DNA of 64,000 nt from Fimbriimonadales bacterium (GTDB lineage: Bacteria > Armatimonadota > Fimbriimonadia > Fimbriimonadales > ATM1), in NCBI GenBank assembly GCA_041744215.1, contig JBGTLG010000004.1, positions 32,001-96,000 of the forward strand, read 5' to 3'. The notes beneath the pieces were generated by a model. The model was not told where the DNA came from. It searched no databases and worked only from the letters and a program-made list of their open reading frames with translations. The translations under genes and the position numbers were made by a program. Shown here piece after piece: positions 10,591 through 21,200 of the stretch (position 1 is the first letter of the stretch; the number at the start of each line of letters is the position of its first letter).

Positions 10591-10989
10591 ATGTTCAAAG
10601 AGTTCAAAGAGTTCGCCGTCAAGGGCAATATGCTCGATTTGGCAATAGGTCTCGTTCTCGGCGCGGCCTTCGGCGCAGTGGTGAACTCCCTTGTCGGTGA
10701 TATCTTCACACCTCTCATTGGTCTGATCACCGGGGGTGTGGACTTCAAAGCTCTTGCTATCACGTTGAAAGCTTCGGATGGAGACAATCCACCCCTGCTA
10801 TTGAACTACGGGTCCTTTCTTCAGTTTGTCTTGAACTTTCTCATCGTCGCCCTCGCGCTCTTCTTTGTAATCAAGACTATCAACAGGCTGCGAAGAGCAA
10901 AGGAGCCGGAGCCGGTTCCTGAACCAGAGCCGCCGCGTGAGGAGATTCTGCTCGAAGAGATACGCGACATCTTGAAATCACGCACATGA
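10591..10989 (+). CDS. mscL: Large-conductance mechanosensitive channel
   Basis: MFKEFKEFAVKGNMLDLAIG, NYGSF, LLEEIRDIL. Confidence 0.97.
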   Translation: MFKEFKEFAVKGNMLDLAIGLVLGAAFGAVVNSLVGDIFTPLIGLITGGVDFKALAITLKASDGDNPPLLLNYGSFLQFVLNFLIVALALFFVIKTINRLRRAKEPEPVPEPEPPREEILLEEIRDILKSRT

Positions 10990-11008
10990 TGCGCGCACAC
11001 TCAGTTCC

Positions 11009-12571
11009 ATGCTATCGGTTCTGGTCTTACTTGCGATGAACGAGTTGCCGTATGAAATCCTGTCAATCATTCCGCAGCCTGTCGCTGTAACACAGAGCCC
11101 AGGCGAGTTTGTTCTGAACGAACACACGACAGTGTCCGTCGCCACCGAGTTCGAGGGCGTCGCTGACCTGCTTGACAAGTATCTAAAGCCAGCGACTGGA
11201 TTGCCGTTTGCACGAAAGGTCGGGGATGCGAACGCCATAAGTATCAACCGCGATCGGGATTTACCATCCGAGGGGTACGAGCTTGTCGTCTCGGAGCAGG
11301 GAATATCAATAGAGGCGAGTGACGCGGCAGGTGCTTTCTACGCCTTGCAATCTCTTCGTCAGCTCTTGTCCCCGAACATCTATCGCTCCACGAAGCAAGA
11401 GGGCGTTTGGAACATTCCTTGTGTGTCGATTCGTGACTACCCACGCTTTTCTTGGCGTGGATCTCACCTTGACGTCGCTCGGCACTTTATGCCAAAGACC
11501 TTTGTTCTTCGGTACCTAGACCTGCTCGCTTTGCATAAGCTGAACGTGCTGCACTTGCACCTCACGGATGATCAAGGTTGGCGAATAGAGATAAGGAAGT
11601 ATCCGAAGCTTACGGAAGTCGGCGCGGTTCGCAAAGATACGATGCTGTCTTATGACCCGAAAACATACGAAGGAAAGCCGCATGGTGGCTTTTATACGCA
11701 AGAGGAGATTCGCGAAATCGTCGCTTACGCAGCGGAGCGATTCATAACCGTTGTCCCAGAGATTGAAATGCCTGGACATGCGCAAGCAGCGATTGCTGCA
11801 TATCCAGAGTTGGGCAACACGGACAAGCAACTGGAGGTAGCCGTCGATTGGGGCGTGCATGAGAACGTCTTCAATGTGGAAGACTCTACTATTCGCTTCT
11901 TGCAGGTAGTGCTTGACGAGGTGCTGGAGTTGTTTCCGAGTCGATTCATTCATATCGGTGGCGACGAGTGTCCAAAGGCTCAGTGGCAGAAGAGTGAACG
12001 TGCACAAGTTCGCATGAAACAGTTAGGTCTGAACAATGAATATGAACTCCAGAGCTGGTTCATCCGGCAGATGGACGAGTACCTAACAAGGAAGGAACGT
12101 CGCTTGATCGGCTGGTCGGAAATCTTGGAGGGCGGCCTTGCGCCCTCTGCGGCGCTAATGGTCTGGTTAGGGGATGATGGGGCGATGCAGGCTGTCTCGT
12201 CTGGCCACAATGTCGTGATGGCTCAAACGACGCACACCTACTTCGATTACTATCAGGCGGAGGAGAAGGAAAAAGAACCTCATGCAATCGGGGGGTTTTT
12301 GCCTCTCTCGAAGGTCTATGAGTACGAGCCGATCCTCAAGCAGATGACGCAGGAACAGTCGAAACACGTGCTTGGTGTTCAGTTCCAGGTCTGGACAGAG
12401 TACATTCGAGATCCGATGCAAGTCGAGTACATGGTTTTTCCACGTGCTTGCGCGCTCGCTGAAGTGGCTTGGTCGACCAGTGAGTCGAAAAACTATCAGC
12501 AATTCTTGGAACGTCTCGAAACTCATCTGTTGCGCTTGGATGCCCTCGAAGTCAGCCACCGCCGAAACTAA
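11009..12571 (+). CDS. Beta-N-acetylhexosaminidase (GH20)
   Basis: DYPRFSWRG, LDVARHF, HLTDDQGWR, EIEMPGH, HIGGDE catalytic motif. Confidence 0.95.
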   Translation: MLSVLVLLAMNELPYEILSIIPQPVAVTQSPGEFVLNEHTTVSVATEFEGVADLLDKYLKPATGLPFARKVGDANAISINRDRDLPSEGYELVVSEQGISIEASDAAGAFYALQSLRQLLSPNIYRSTKQEGVWNIPCVSIRDYPRFSWRGSHLDVARHFMPKTFVLRYLDLLALHKLNVLHLHLTDDQGWRIEIRKYPKLTEVGAVRKDTMLSYDPKTYEGKPHGGFYTQEEIREIVAYAAERFITVVPEIEMPGHAQAAIAAYPELGNTDKQLEVAVDWGVHENVFNVEDSTIRFLQVVLDEVLELFPSRFIHIGGDECPKAQWQKSERAQVRMKQLGLNNEYELQSWFIRQMDEYLTRKERRLIGWSEILEGGLAPSAALMVWLGDDGAMQAVSSGHNVVMAQTTHTYFDYYQAEEKEKEPHAIGGFLPLSKVYEYEPILKQMTQEQSKHVLGVQFQVWTEYIRDPMQVEYMVFPRACALAEVAWSTSESKNYQQFLERLETHLLRLDALEVSHRRN

Positions 12572-12792
12572 TGGTCCGGCGCGTGGAAAACCGAGACGCC
12601 TGCGATTCGCGGCATGTAGTGCTTGTCGAGGATCCGAATCTCGATGCTAGTCGCGGTGGTGCTGGGGAGTCGCCACTCTGGCACGGCATCCTCCTCCAAA
12701 GACTCGCGCTTGAAACTGCTCGATTGCGGGGCCTTGACCCGGATGCGCCGCCAAACCTAACAAAGATCACAAAGACCTTATAACCAAACAAC

Positions 12793-12816
12793 GAAGCCGC
12801 CTGGAAAGGCGGCTTC
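12793..12816 (-). terminator. Terminator downstream of tRNA-fMet
   Basis: Perfect 10-bp stem GAAGCCGCCT / AGGCGGCTTC, followed by a T-rich stretch on the minus strand. Confidence 0.7.
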
Positions 12817-12824
12817 AATCAAAT

Positions 12825-12901
<77 letters not shown>

Positions 12902-12922
12902 GCGTGGAGCGCAAATTATACC

Positions 12923-13594
12923 TTAGACGCTGGCGATTCGGTGCGCAGTAGGTGCGACGCCGTGAATCGCCCGGTATGCGCGGTAAAAGCTGCTGGAGTC
13001 TGCATAGCCAACTCGGTGGCACACCTCTTTTACGCTGAGGCTCGTTGTTTCGAACAGCTTTCTCGCCACATTCAATCGGTACTCGGTGACATATCGCTTG
13101 AACGGCATGCCCACGATCTCGCGAAACAGATATCGAAAATGAGACCGACTCAAGCACATCTCATTCGCGACCTTCTCGTCACTCAGGTTCTCGCCAAATC
13201 TCAGGGAAACGATCGTCTTTGCTTTCTCGACCATCTGAATTGCCATGCGATTGGCGTTCGGCCGGGCGCACATGGTTGCATGCAACAGGTAGCGAGTAGC
13301 GACGGCGATCATTTCCGCAGAAGTGCTTGAGTTGGTGGCGTCAAATGCGGCATCCGCTATCGTGCGCTCCACTTCTGGAGGTGCGCCTATCTCCATCGTT
13401 GAGAGAACGAGGATGGAGATGAGTGAAACAAATCGTGCACGAGCCATCACGAGATCGGCTTCGGCGATTACAGTCAAATCGGACAAGAATTGTCGAAGAT
13501 ATGCCTCCAACTCAACTCGCTGCCCGAGCCGCACCATAGCGTTGATTTCGCTATAGCTAACTTCACCGCTGGGCTCATATCGAGTTTTGGCCAT
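12923..13594 (-). CDS. AraC-family transcriptional regulator
   Basis: C-terminal double HTH (LSRSHFRYLFREIVG ... VCHRVGYADSSSFYRAYR ... P). Confidence 0.9.
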   Translation of the reverse strand: MAKTRYEPSGEVSYSEINAMVRLGQRVELEAYLRQFLSDLTVIAEADLVMARARFVSLISILVLSTMEIGAPPEVERTIADAAFDATNSSTSAEMIAVATRYLLHATMCARPNANRMAIQMVEKAKTIVSLRFGENLSDEKVANEMCLSRSHFRYLFREIVGMPFKRYVTEYRLNVARKLFETTSLSVKEVCHRVGYADSSSFYRAYRAIHGVAPTAHRIASV

Positions 13595-13642
13595 TTCCGC
13601 CTCTATTCTGACATCCTTCTGCCATCGAACGCGGGACAGTTG

Positions 13643-15064
13643 TCATGTGCGGCGGGTGAGCCGGGCACGAGGGGACGTCATCTCGTCCAATGCGAATCGG
13701 ACGCCCTCGCGCCCAAAGCCCGAATCTCCCTCTCCTCCATACGGCATGCCGTCGAACCGCAGGCTGGGAGACTCGTTTACGATCACACCGCCAAACTGCA
13801 GGCGCGCAAACGCTCGATCCACGAGTTCTTCATCACGGGTGAATATGGACGCTTGCAATCGATATCTTCCTTCATTGAGTTTCTCGAACAGCTTCTCGGA
13901 GCTGTCAAATGGTACGACGTTGAGAACGGGCCCGAAGACCTCCTCCGTGAAAAGTTCATCAGTTTCGTCGACTCCTTCCAGCAGCGTGGGCGGAATCAAG
14001 AGAGGGTGCGCCTCGGCAGGCGCCTCCGCAACGATGCGCCCCTTCGCTGCTTTAATGCGCGACAGCACCCGGTCGCGCGCCTTTGCGTCGATCATCGGTC
14101 CGCAAATCGTCTCCGGTAATGAAGGATCCCCCGCGGCGCAAGCGCGAGTTGCCTTGACAAGCAATGACAACGTCTTATCAAAAACGGAACGATGCAAGAA
14201 TACGTTCTGCGCGGAGATGCAAACTTGCCCTGCATAACCATAGCCGCTGATCGTCGTCCGAGAAACGGCAAGTTCCAGGTCAGCATCATTACAAATGATA
14301 ACTGGAGCGTTACCGCCGAGTTCCAACGTAACCCTCTTCTGAGGAACCATCCCCTTAAGCATCCATCCGACCTCGGGGCTGCCAGTGAAACTGAGCATGC
14401 GGATGCGATCGTCGACGAGCGCCTTCTGAGCTTGTTCGTTTGAGAGATGCAGCACACTCAAGCTGCCAGGCTGAACTCCGGACTCAACAAGCAGTTCGCC
14501 GAGCGCAAGCGTAGTGAGAGGCGCGAGCGGGCTGACCTTCATGACAATCGGACAGCCTGCGACAATCGCGGGCGCCAGCTTGTGTGCTGCGAGGTTGAGA
14601 GGCCAGTTATAGGGCACAAAACCCAGGGTCGGGCCGACACCAAATCGCTGCCATGCCCCCGTGAAACTCTCTCCGCGAGGATCATACGAAAAGTCGAGGT
14701 CATGAGCAACCATCTCATCGCCCGCCTCGGAAGCCAGCCAGAAAGTGCGTTGCATTCGTTCGACTTCACTAGTCGCAAACTGTCTCGGCTTTCCTGTTTC
14801 ATCGATCAGCAATTCGATGAGGGCGTCCTTGCGCTGATTAATCAGCTCAGCGGCGAGCGCGCAAACCGTTACCCGCTCGTTGAGGGGCATCGGCGATCGC
14901 CACGCACCGTCCGCGAGAGCGATTGCGGTCTCGAGATTGTGATCGGATGCGACCGACATAGAATCGATAGTTTCGCTTCTCCACGGTGATTCCGACAGTA
15001 TCCAATCTTTGGAAACTACCGGTTTACCGCCGACGATCATAGGTTTCGGTTGCACTTTGAACAT
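13643..15064 (-). CDS. Aldehyde dehydrogenase family protein
   Basis: PYNWPLNL, SFTGS, LELGGNAP, GQVCIS catalytic Cys, EEVFGP, PYGG...SGFGREG. Confidence 0.95.
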   Translation of the reverse strand: MFKVQPKPMIVGGKPVVSKDWILSESPWRSETIDSMSVASDHNLETAIALADGAWRSPMPLNERVTVCALAAELINQRKDALIELLIDETGKPRQFATSEVERMQRTFWLASEAGDEMVAHDLDFSYDPRGESFTGAWQRFGVGPTLGFVPYNWPLNLAAHKLAPAIVAGCPIVMKVSPLAPLTTLALGELLVESGVQPGSLSVLHLSNEQAQKALVDDRIRMLSFTGSPEVGWMLKGMVPQKRVTLELGGNAPVIICNDADLELAVSRTTISGYGYAGQVCISAQNVFLHRSVFDKTLSLLVKATRACAAGDPSLPETICGPMIDAKARDRVLSRIKAAKGRIVAEAPAEAHPLLIPPTLLEGVDETDELFTEEVFGPVLNVVPFDSSEKLFEKLNEGRYRLQASIFTRDEELVDRAFARLQFGGVIVNESPSLRFDGMPYGGEGDSGFGREGVRFALDEMTSPRARLTRRT

Positions 15065-15101
15065 TTTGCACCACGCGCTGGCTGGTACACTTTGTGGCCG
15101 T

Positions 15102-15179
15102 CGGGGCGTAGCGCAGCCTGGTTAGCGCGCCTGCTTTGGGAGCAGGAGGTCGCGAGTTCGAATCTCGCCGCCCCGACCA
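15102..15179 (+). tRNA. tRNA-Pro (UGG)
   Basis: 78-nt cloverleaf CGGGGCG...CGCCCCG-A-CCA, anticodon TGG, TTCGAAT T-loop. Confidence 0.97.
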
Positions 15180-15196
15180 GTTCCATAATGTCATCT

Positions 15197-15796
15197 ATGG
15201 AACAAAGAGTCCTCCGCCTTGAGCGGGCAGTAATGACCCAGCGCCTGCTTTTGCTCGCTGCCATCGCCTTGATCGCAATCCTCGGCTTTCGCCAAAGCCC
15301 CGGCGAAATCAAGACAACCTCGCTCCAAATTGTCAACAAACAAGGCAAGCCTGCTGCGCTGTTCTACGGCACGGAAGAAGGCTTCGGGGGCTACCTGTAC
15401 GGCCGAGCGGTCGAAGGCGCGGACTATCAACCTGCGATCAAACTGGAAGGGAGTCGAGTAGGAGGACAGATCGATCTTTTCGATGAAAACGGACGACAAG
15501 TGATTGAGGTGACGCGGGGCACAGACGGTGGCGCAATCACGATTTTCAACAATAAAACGAATCGTCCGGTCGCAAGTGTCTACGCCGATCGTGACGATGG
15601 TGCGAGGATCGAGTTGAACGCAACCGACGGCTCAGAGAGACTCTTTCTTCAAAGCGACCTGATCGGCGCAGGCATGAAGATGATCCTTCCCCGCGGCATT
15701 CCTGCACTAAGTCTTTACTCCTCGCTCGACGGCGGCTACCTGGCTCTGTACGACGAGAAGGGCAACACGGTGCAGCGACTGCCTAAGAGCGACTGA
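15197..15796 (+). CDS. Hypothetical membrane-anchored protein with beta-strand repeats
   Basis: Short coiled-coil-like N-terminus, one TM segment, then repeated G-x-I-x-L-x-D-xx-G units; start reset downstream of the tRNA. Confidence 0.7.
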   Translation: MEQRVLRLERAVMTQRLLLLAAIALIAILGFRQSPGEIKTTSLQIVNKQGKPAALFYGTEEGFGGYLYGRAVEGADYQPAIKLEGSRVGGQIDLFDENGRQVIEVTRGTDGGAITIFNNKTNRPVASVYADRDDGARIELNATDGSERLFLQSDLIGAGMKMILPRGIPALSLYSSLDGGYLALYDEKGNTVQRLPKSD

Positions 15797-15804
15797 CGTG
15801 AAAG

Positions 15805-17490
15805 TTAGCGTCTCTCCATACTCTCAACCAACCGTTCGACAGCCTCGACGCCGGCATCTTCAAATGGCATAAAAACAAAGTTCGCACCTCGGTCGATGAG
15901 CCACTGCTTGTCGACGTCGTTGTGTGCGGTTACGGCTATGTTGCGTCGGTAGCTGTTCGATCGCAACGCGTGAACGAGCGATGCGCCGATATCTCTGTCC
16001 GGCACAGTGCTGACTATCCACTTGGCGGATGCCAATGGCAGGCTCGCAGCGAACTCCGCGTCGGTGGCATCGCCATATCTTACGGGAAAGCCATTTGCGG
16101 CGCAGGTTCGAATCGCAATTGGATCGAAGTCGATTCCGAGCCCCTCAAAACCCTTCTCCTTTAGTCCCCGCAGGATAGTTCTTCCAAACCTGCCAACGCC
16201 AAAAACTAAAACGTCTGGACGGACTGCTGATTCGACATCCTGTCGATCCTCGCGGTGGACGACGTTCCGCTCGAAGATCCGCAAATACGGCGATAGCTTC
16301 TCGTACAGAAAGTGTGAATACATGATCATGTAAGTTGATAGGCCTATCGTCGTGAGGCCCACCAGCGTGACGAGACCAACGTGATCATTTGTCACGTGCC
16401 CAATCGCCAGTCCGAGTGCGATCATGATGAGCGAGAATTCGCTGATTTGCGCAACCGTCAATCCGGCCAGGAATCCAGTTCGTTTTCGGTAGCCCATCGC
16501 ACCCATGATGATCATTACAATAAGCGGATTTCCTATCAGCACAAACGCGGACAGAGTTATTGCGGCTGGAACTTGAGCTCCCAGTTGTCCAAGCTGAAGC
16601 TGAGACCCCAAGTCGACAAAGAAGAACAGCAGCAAAAAATCGCGAACGCTGACGAGCCTCGACGCGACTGCCTCGCGATATGGAGTTGAGGCGATCGACA
16701 CACCCGCCAGAAAGGCACCAACTTCTTTACTGAATCCAAGGAGGTCGCCCGCCGCGCCGAGCGCGAACGCCCAAGCGATTGAAAACAGAACTAGCAGCTC
16801 CGGCGACTTCGCGATTACCTGCATCAGTTGCGGAAGCCCAATTCGCATCAGCAGCGAAACCAGGCCGAGAAACCCAAGGCCTTTTGCCAAGACTAGCCCA
16901 AACTCGGCGGTTGCGTTGCGATCGGCATCGCCTGTGCCAAGTGCAGCCAAGAAAATCATTGCCAGCACGACAACGATGTCTTGAACGATCAAGAAGCCCA
17001 CCGCGATCCGCCCGTGGAGCGAGTCGAGTTCTCGCTTGTCCGACAGCAGCTTGACAATGATGATCGTACTGGAAAATGTGAGCGCGACAGCAATGTAGAT
17101 AGCGGGGATCTGTTCGACACCCATCCCGATTAAGATCAGGTACCCAATGATCGAAGTAAAAGCAACTTGCCCCAACCCAGTCGCGAGAGACACCGGACCT
17201 AACGTCCTAATGAGGTGGACATCCAGCTTCAACCCGACCACAAAGAGAAGTATCGCAATCCCCATCTCGGAGAGTAACTTCATTTCGTGACCCTTTGCGT
17301 CCTGGCCCAATCCTTGCGTCTCGCCGACCAGGCCAAGCACCGAGGGTCCAGCAACTATCCCCACTGCGATGAAGATCACAATCAGGGGCTGTCGCAGCAG
17401 GAGGCCGATCGCCCCAAAGGTCGCTGCCAAAAGCACGAGAGCGGCGAACGTATGGAACGCGGTCTGCTGGAAGAACTCCACGGTCGGCAC
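15805..17490 (-). CDS. CPA2/Kef-type cation:proton antiporter with C-terminal TrkA_N (KTN) domain
   Basis: LLFVVGL, FSSTIIIVKLL, LIVQDI, AQISEFS motifs; C-terminal GVGRFG and YGDAT. Confidence 0.92.
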   Translation of the reverse strand: MPTVEFFQQTAFHTFAALVLLAATFGAIGLLLRQPLIVIFIAVGIVAGPSVLGLVGETQGLGQDAKGHEMKLLSEMGIAILLFVVGLKLDVHLIRTLGPVSLATGLGQVAFTSIIGYLILIGMGVEQIPAIYIAVALTFSSTIIIVKLLSDKRELDSLHGRIAVGFLIVQDIVVVLAMIFLAALGTGDADRNATAEFGLVLAKGLGFLGLVSLLMRIGLPQLMQVIAKSPELLVLFSIAWAFALGAAGDLLGFSKEVGAFLAGVSIASTPYREAVASRLVSVRDFLLLFFFVDLGSQLQLGQLGAQVPAAITLSAFVLIGNPLIVMIIMGAMGYRKRTGFLAGLTVAQISEFSLIMIALGLAIGHVTNDHVGLVTLVGLTTIGLSTYMIMYSHFLYEKLSPYLRIFERNVVHREDRQDVESAVRPDVLVFGVGRFGRTILRGLKEKGFEGLGIDFDPIAIRTCAANGFPVRYGDATDAEFAASLPLASAKWIVSTVPDRDIGASLVHALRSNSYRRNIAVTAHNDVDKQWLIDRGANFVFMPFEDAGVEAVERLVESMERR

Positions 17491-17621
17491 GGTGACGCGG
17501 TTATAGCATCGAATCTGTTGTGCCTTCTATCGGGGGATCCTCCAGGAAGTGTGGAAAAGACGTGGAAATGAGGTGGGGGACGGGTGGGAAGCAGATTTTT
17601 TGAAAATTGTCCTTGCTTCCC

Positions 17622-17650
17622 TTGACACGCGAGATATTGTGTGGCACACT
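17622..17650 (+). promoter_or_regulatory. Sigma70-type promoter of nrdR-nrdJ
   Basis: TTGACA (17622-27), 17-nt spacer, extended -10 TG-n-CACACT (17642-50). Confidence 0.65.
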
Positions 17651-17673
17651 ATAGCAGTACCCAGATATGGGTA
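17627..17673. promoter_or_regulatory. Tandem NrdR boxes
   Basis: ACGCGAGATATTGTGT (17627-42) and TACCCAGATATGGGTA (17658-73) resemble acaCwAtATaTwGtgt; starts 31 bp apart, typical tandem spacing; upstream of nrdR-nrdJ. Confidence 0.85.
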
Positions 17674-17707
17674 CGCCCCCCTTCCCAGGAAGGGATAGGA
17701 ACCCCGA

Positions 17708-18205
17708 ATGAAGTGCCCCTGTTGCGGCTACCCCGAAGATAAGGTCATCGACTCTCGATCGGCTAGGGACGGGGCCGCCATCCGCCGCCGAAGAGAATGC
17801 CTAAAGTGCGGCTACAGGTACACAACGTTCGAAGAGGTTGAGCAAAGACGCCTGATCGTCGTCAAGAAGGATGGCCGGCGCGAGCCGTTCCAAAGGGCGA
17901 AGATTCTCTCCAGCATGGAGATAGCGTGCCGCAAGCGTCCAGTTCCCACAGCAATCTTAGCCGCTGCCTCGGAGGATGTCGAGAGGCGGCTGATCGAGAT
18001 GCCTGAAGACGAGTTCTCGAGCGTAGAAATCGGTGAGCTGATCCTTGAGCGACTTGGCGACATTGATCCGGTGGCCTACATCCGTTTTGCAAGTGTTTAT
18101 CGCGAATTCGACGATCCGGAAGAGTTTAGGGAATTCGTCGCTGCGCTCAAGCGCAGACGAAAACCTACCCGTGCTCGTGGCGTGCCGGAACCTATCGCGA
18201 AATAG
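17708..18205 (+). CDS. nrdR: Transcriptional repressor NrdR
   Basis: MKCPCC...KVIDSR...IRRRRECLKCGYRYTTFE Zn ribbon, ATP cone, VAYIRFASVY. Confidence 0.98.
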   Translation: MKCPCCGYPEDKVIDSRSARDGAAIRRRRECLKCGYRYTTFEEVEQRRLIVVKKDGRREPFQRAKILSSMEIACRKRPVPTAILAAASEDVERRLIEMPEDEFSSVEIGELILERLGDIDPVAYIRFASVYREFDDPEEFREFVAALKRRRKPTRARGVPEPIAK

Positions 18206-18263
18206 CAAAGGAAGAAACTGCGCAAAGGGCGATAGCCCCAACACTCCAGGGAGGACAAGGTAA

Positions 18264-21200
18264 ATGAAAATCAATCGACGGTTCACGAAGTCTGGCAGCG
18301 ATGCTTACGAGGGCATCGAGTTTGTCTCACGCAAATCGGAGATCCGAAACACGGATGGGTCCAGCGTGTTCTCGATGGAAGACATCATGGTGCCCACGGG
18401 ATGGTCGCAAGTTGCGACAGACATCCTTGCACAGAAGTACTTCAGAAAAGCAGGTGTTCCACAGGAGGACGGGTCGACCGGATCAGAACGAGATTCCCGG
18501 CAGGTTTTCAATCGCCTTGCAGGCTGCTGGCGGTTCTGGGGCGAGAAGCACGGCTACTTCGACACGGAAGCGGACGCCCAGGCGTTTTGCGACGAACTAT
18601 GCAACATGATGGCTCGCCAAATGGCTGCTCCTAACAGCCCGCAGTGGTTCAACACTGGACTTCACTATGCTTATGGGATCACCGGACCGGCGCAGGGGCA
18701 CTATTACGTCGACCCGGAGACCGGCGAAGTCAAAAAGAGCGAAAACGCGTACGAGCGACCGCAGCCCCACGCGTGCTTCATTCTTTCCGTCAAAGACGAT
18801 CTCGTAGGGCAAGGCGGTATCATGGACCTTTGGACGCGTGAGGCTCGCATCTTCAAATATGGGAGCGGCGTTGGGACAAATTTCTCGAGTCTCCGAGGTG
18901 AAGGTGAATCGCTAAGTGGCGGAGGAAAGTCGAGCGGGCTGATGTCGTTCCTGCGTGTCGGCGACAGGAGCGCGGGGGCGGTTAAGTCTGGCGGCACGAC
19001 TCGGCGCGCCGCGAAGATGGTCTGTCTCGATGTCGATCATCCAGATATCGAAGACTTTATAGATTGGAAAGTGATAGAAGAGCAAAAGGTCGCGTCGCTG
19101 GTGGCGGGATCAAAGCTCTGCAACCTTCACCTAAACGCAATAATCAAGGCATGCCATGGGTGGCGAAACGAAGATGAGAGGTTCGACGCCAGGAAAAACG
19201 ACGAACTGCGAGTCGCGATCGCTGCGGCGAAAGGAGCAGAGGTTCCACTCAATTACATTCAGAGAGTTATTCAACTTGCTGAGCAAGGCTACAAAGGCAT
19301 CGAGTTTCCCATCTACGATAGCGATTGGAACTCTGAAGCCTATCTCACTGTCAGCGGACAGAACTCGAACAACTCCATTCGAGTTTCGAATGACTTTCTC
19401 AAGACTGTCGAAGCAGGCGGCGATTGGAATCTCACTAATCGCACAACCGGCGAAGTGGCAAAGAAAGTAAGCGCTAAAGAGATTTGGGATTCGATTTGTT
19501 TCTCCGCATGGTCGTGTGCCGATCCAGGTCTGCAATACGATACTACAATAAACGAGTGGCACACTTGTCCGGAAGGAGGGAAGATCAACGCTAGCAACCC
19601 CTGCAGCGAGTATATGTTCCTCGATGACACTGCCTGCAATCTAGCGAGCCTCAATCTTTGCTCATTCTATGATCCGACCACGCAAACGTTTGATGTCGAA
19701 AGCTACAAGCACGCAATCCACCTCTGGACAATCGTTCTTGAGATCAGCGTGCTTATGGCACAGTTTCCCAGCAAGGAGATTGCACAGCTCTCATACGACT
19801 ATCGAACGCTTGGGCTGGGATATGCAAATCTCGGCGCGCTGCTCATGCAGATGGGCATACCTTACGACAGCCCTCAGGGCAACGCGATCACGGGCTGTCT
19901 GACCGCGATTCTTGGGGGCGAATCGTACGCGACGTCTTCCGAGCTCGCACGAGAAATCGGCCCGTTCCCTCGGTATCACAAGAATCGTGACCATATGTTG
20001 CGAGTGATTCGGAATCACCGGCGCGCAGCATACAATACTGGCCCGAACGAATACGAAGGCCTCAGTACGGCGCCAATGGGAATCGACCCCGACGAGGCAC
20101 CGACAGAGATGCTCAAAGCCGCACGCGTAGCGTGGGATCGCGCGCTTGAACTCGGCGAAGCACACGGATATCGGAATGCGCAAGTTACGGTGCTCGCGCC
20201 GACAGGAACGATCGGTTTGATCATGGACTGTGACACGACCGGGATCGAGCCTGACTTTGCCCTCGTAAAGTTCAAGAAACTTGCGGGTGGTGGCTACTTC
20301 AAAATCATCAACCAGTCCGTGCCGATAGCACTTGAACGGCTGGGCTACAACATGGAGCAAGTCGAAGACATCATCAGCTATTGCATGGGCTCAGGAACTC
20401 TCCTCGGATCTCCGACGATCACACACGATGACCTCAAACAACGGGGATTCGATGATGAAGCGATTGATAGGCTCGAGAAAGCGCTGGCATCCTCATTCGA
20501 AATCAACTTCGCCTTCAATCACTATGTCCTTGGGCGTGACTTCTGCATTGACAAACTCGGCCTATCAGCTGAGCAAATTGATGACTGGAGCTTCAATCTG
20601 CTCCTTGCGCTCGGGTTCTCACAGGACGACATTGATGAGGCGAACAACTACGTCTGCGGGACCATGACCGTCGAAGGTGCACCACACCTTCGCCTCGAGC
20701 ACTACTCCATTTTTGACTGCGCAAACAAGTGCGGCAAGATCGGAAAAAGATACATCACATATGAAGGACACATCCGAGCGATGGCGGCCGCACAGCCATT
20801 CATTAGTGGTGCGATTAGCAAGACCATCAATCTGCCGAGCAACGCGCTCGTTGATGATATTGCGAAGGCCTATGTGCTGAGTTGGAAGCTTGGGCTAAAA
20901 GCGAACGCACTGTATCGCGATGGCTCAAAGCTGAGCCAGCCCCTAAACAGCGCGCTTGACGATGCGGCGGCAGCGATCATGGAAATCGACTCGACCTTGT
21001 CTCTGCCCGCGCAGCACGCGCAGAAACTTGTGTACCGTTACATTGCCAAGCGGCGGTTGCTGCCTGCTCGTCGTCGCGGCTACACCCAGAAGGCGAGAGT
21101 TGGCGGACACAAAGTCTATTTGAGGACCGGAGAGTACGAAGACGGATCGCTCGGCGAAATCTTTGTCGACATGCATCGTGAAGGAGCAGCATTCAGAAGC

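Noticed and set aside
12571-12783. 70-aa plus-strand ORF after the GH20 gene
   Set aside because: No motif or RBS; the opposite strand has a better SD-led small ORF
15102-17490. Genomic island integrated at tRNA-Pro (also considered at tRNA-Leu 54481 and tRNA-fMet)
   Set aside because: No integrase, no duplicated tRNA 3' end noticed, no obvious compositional shift
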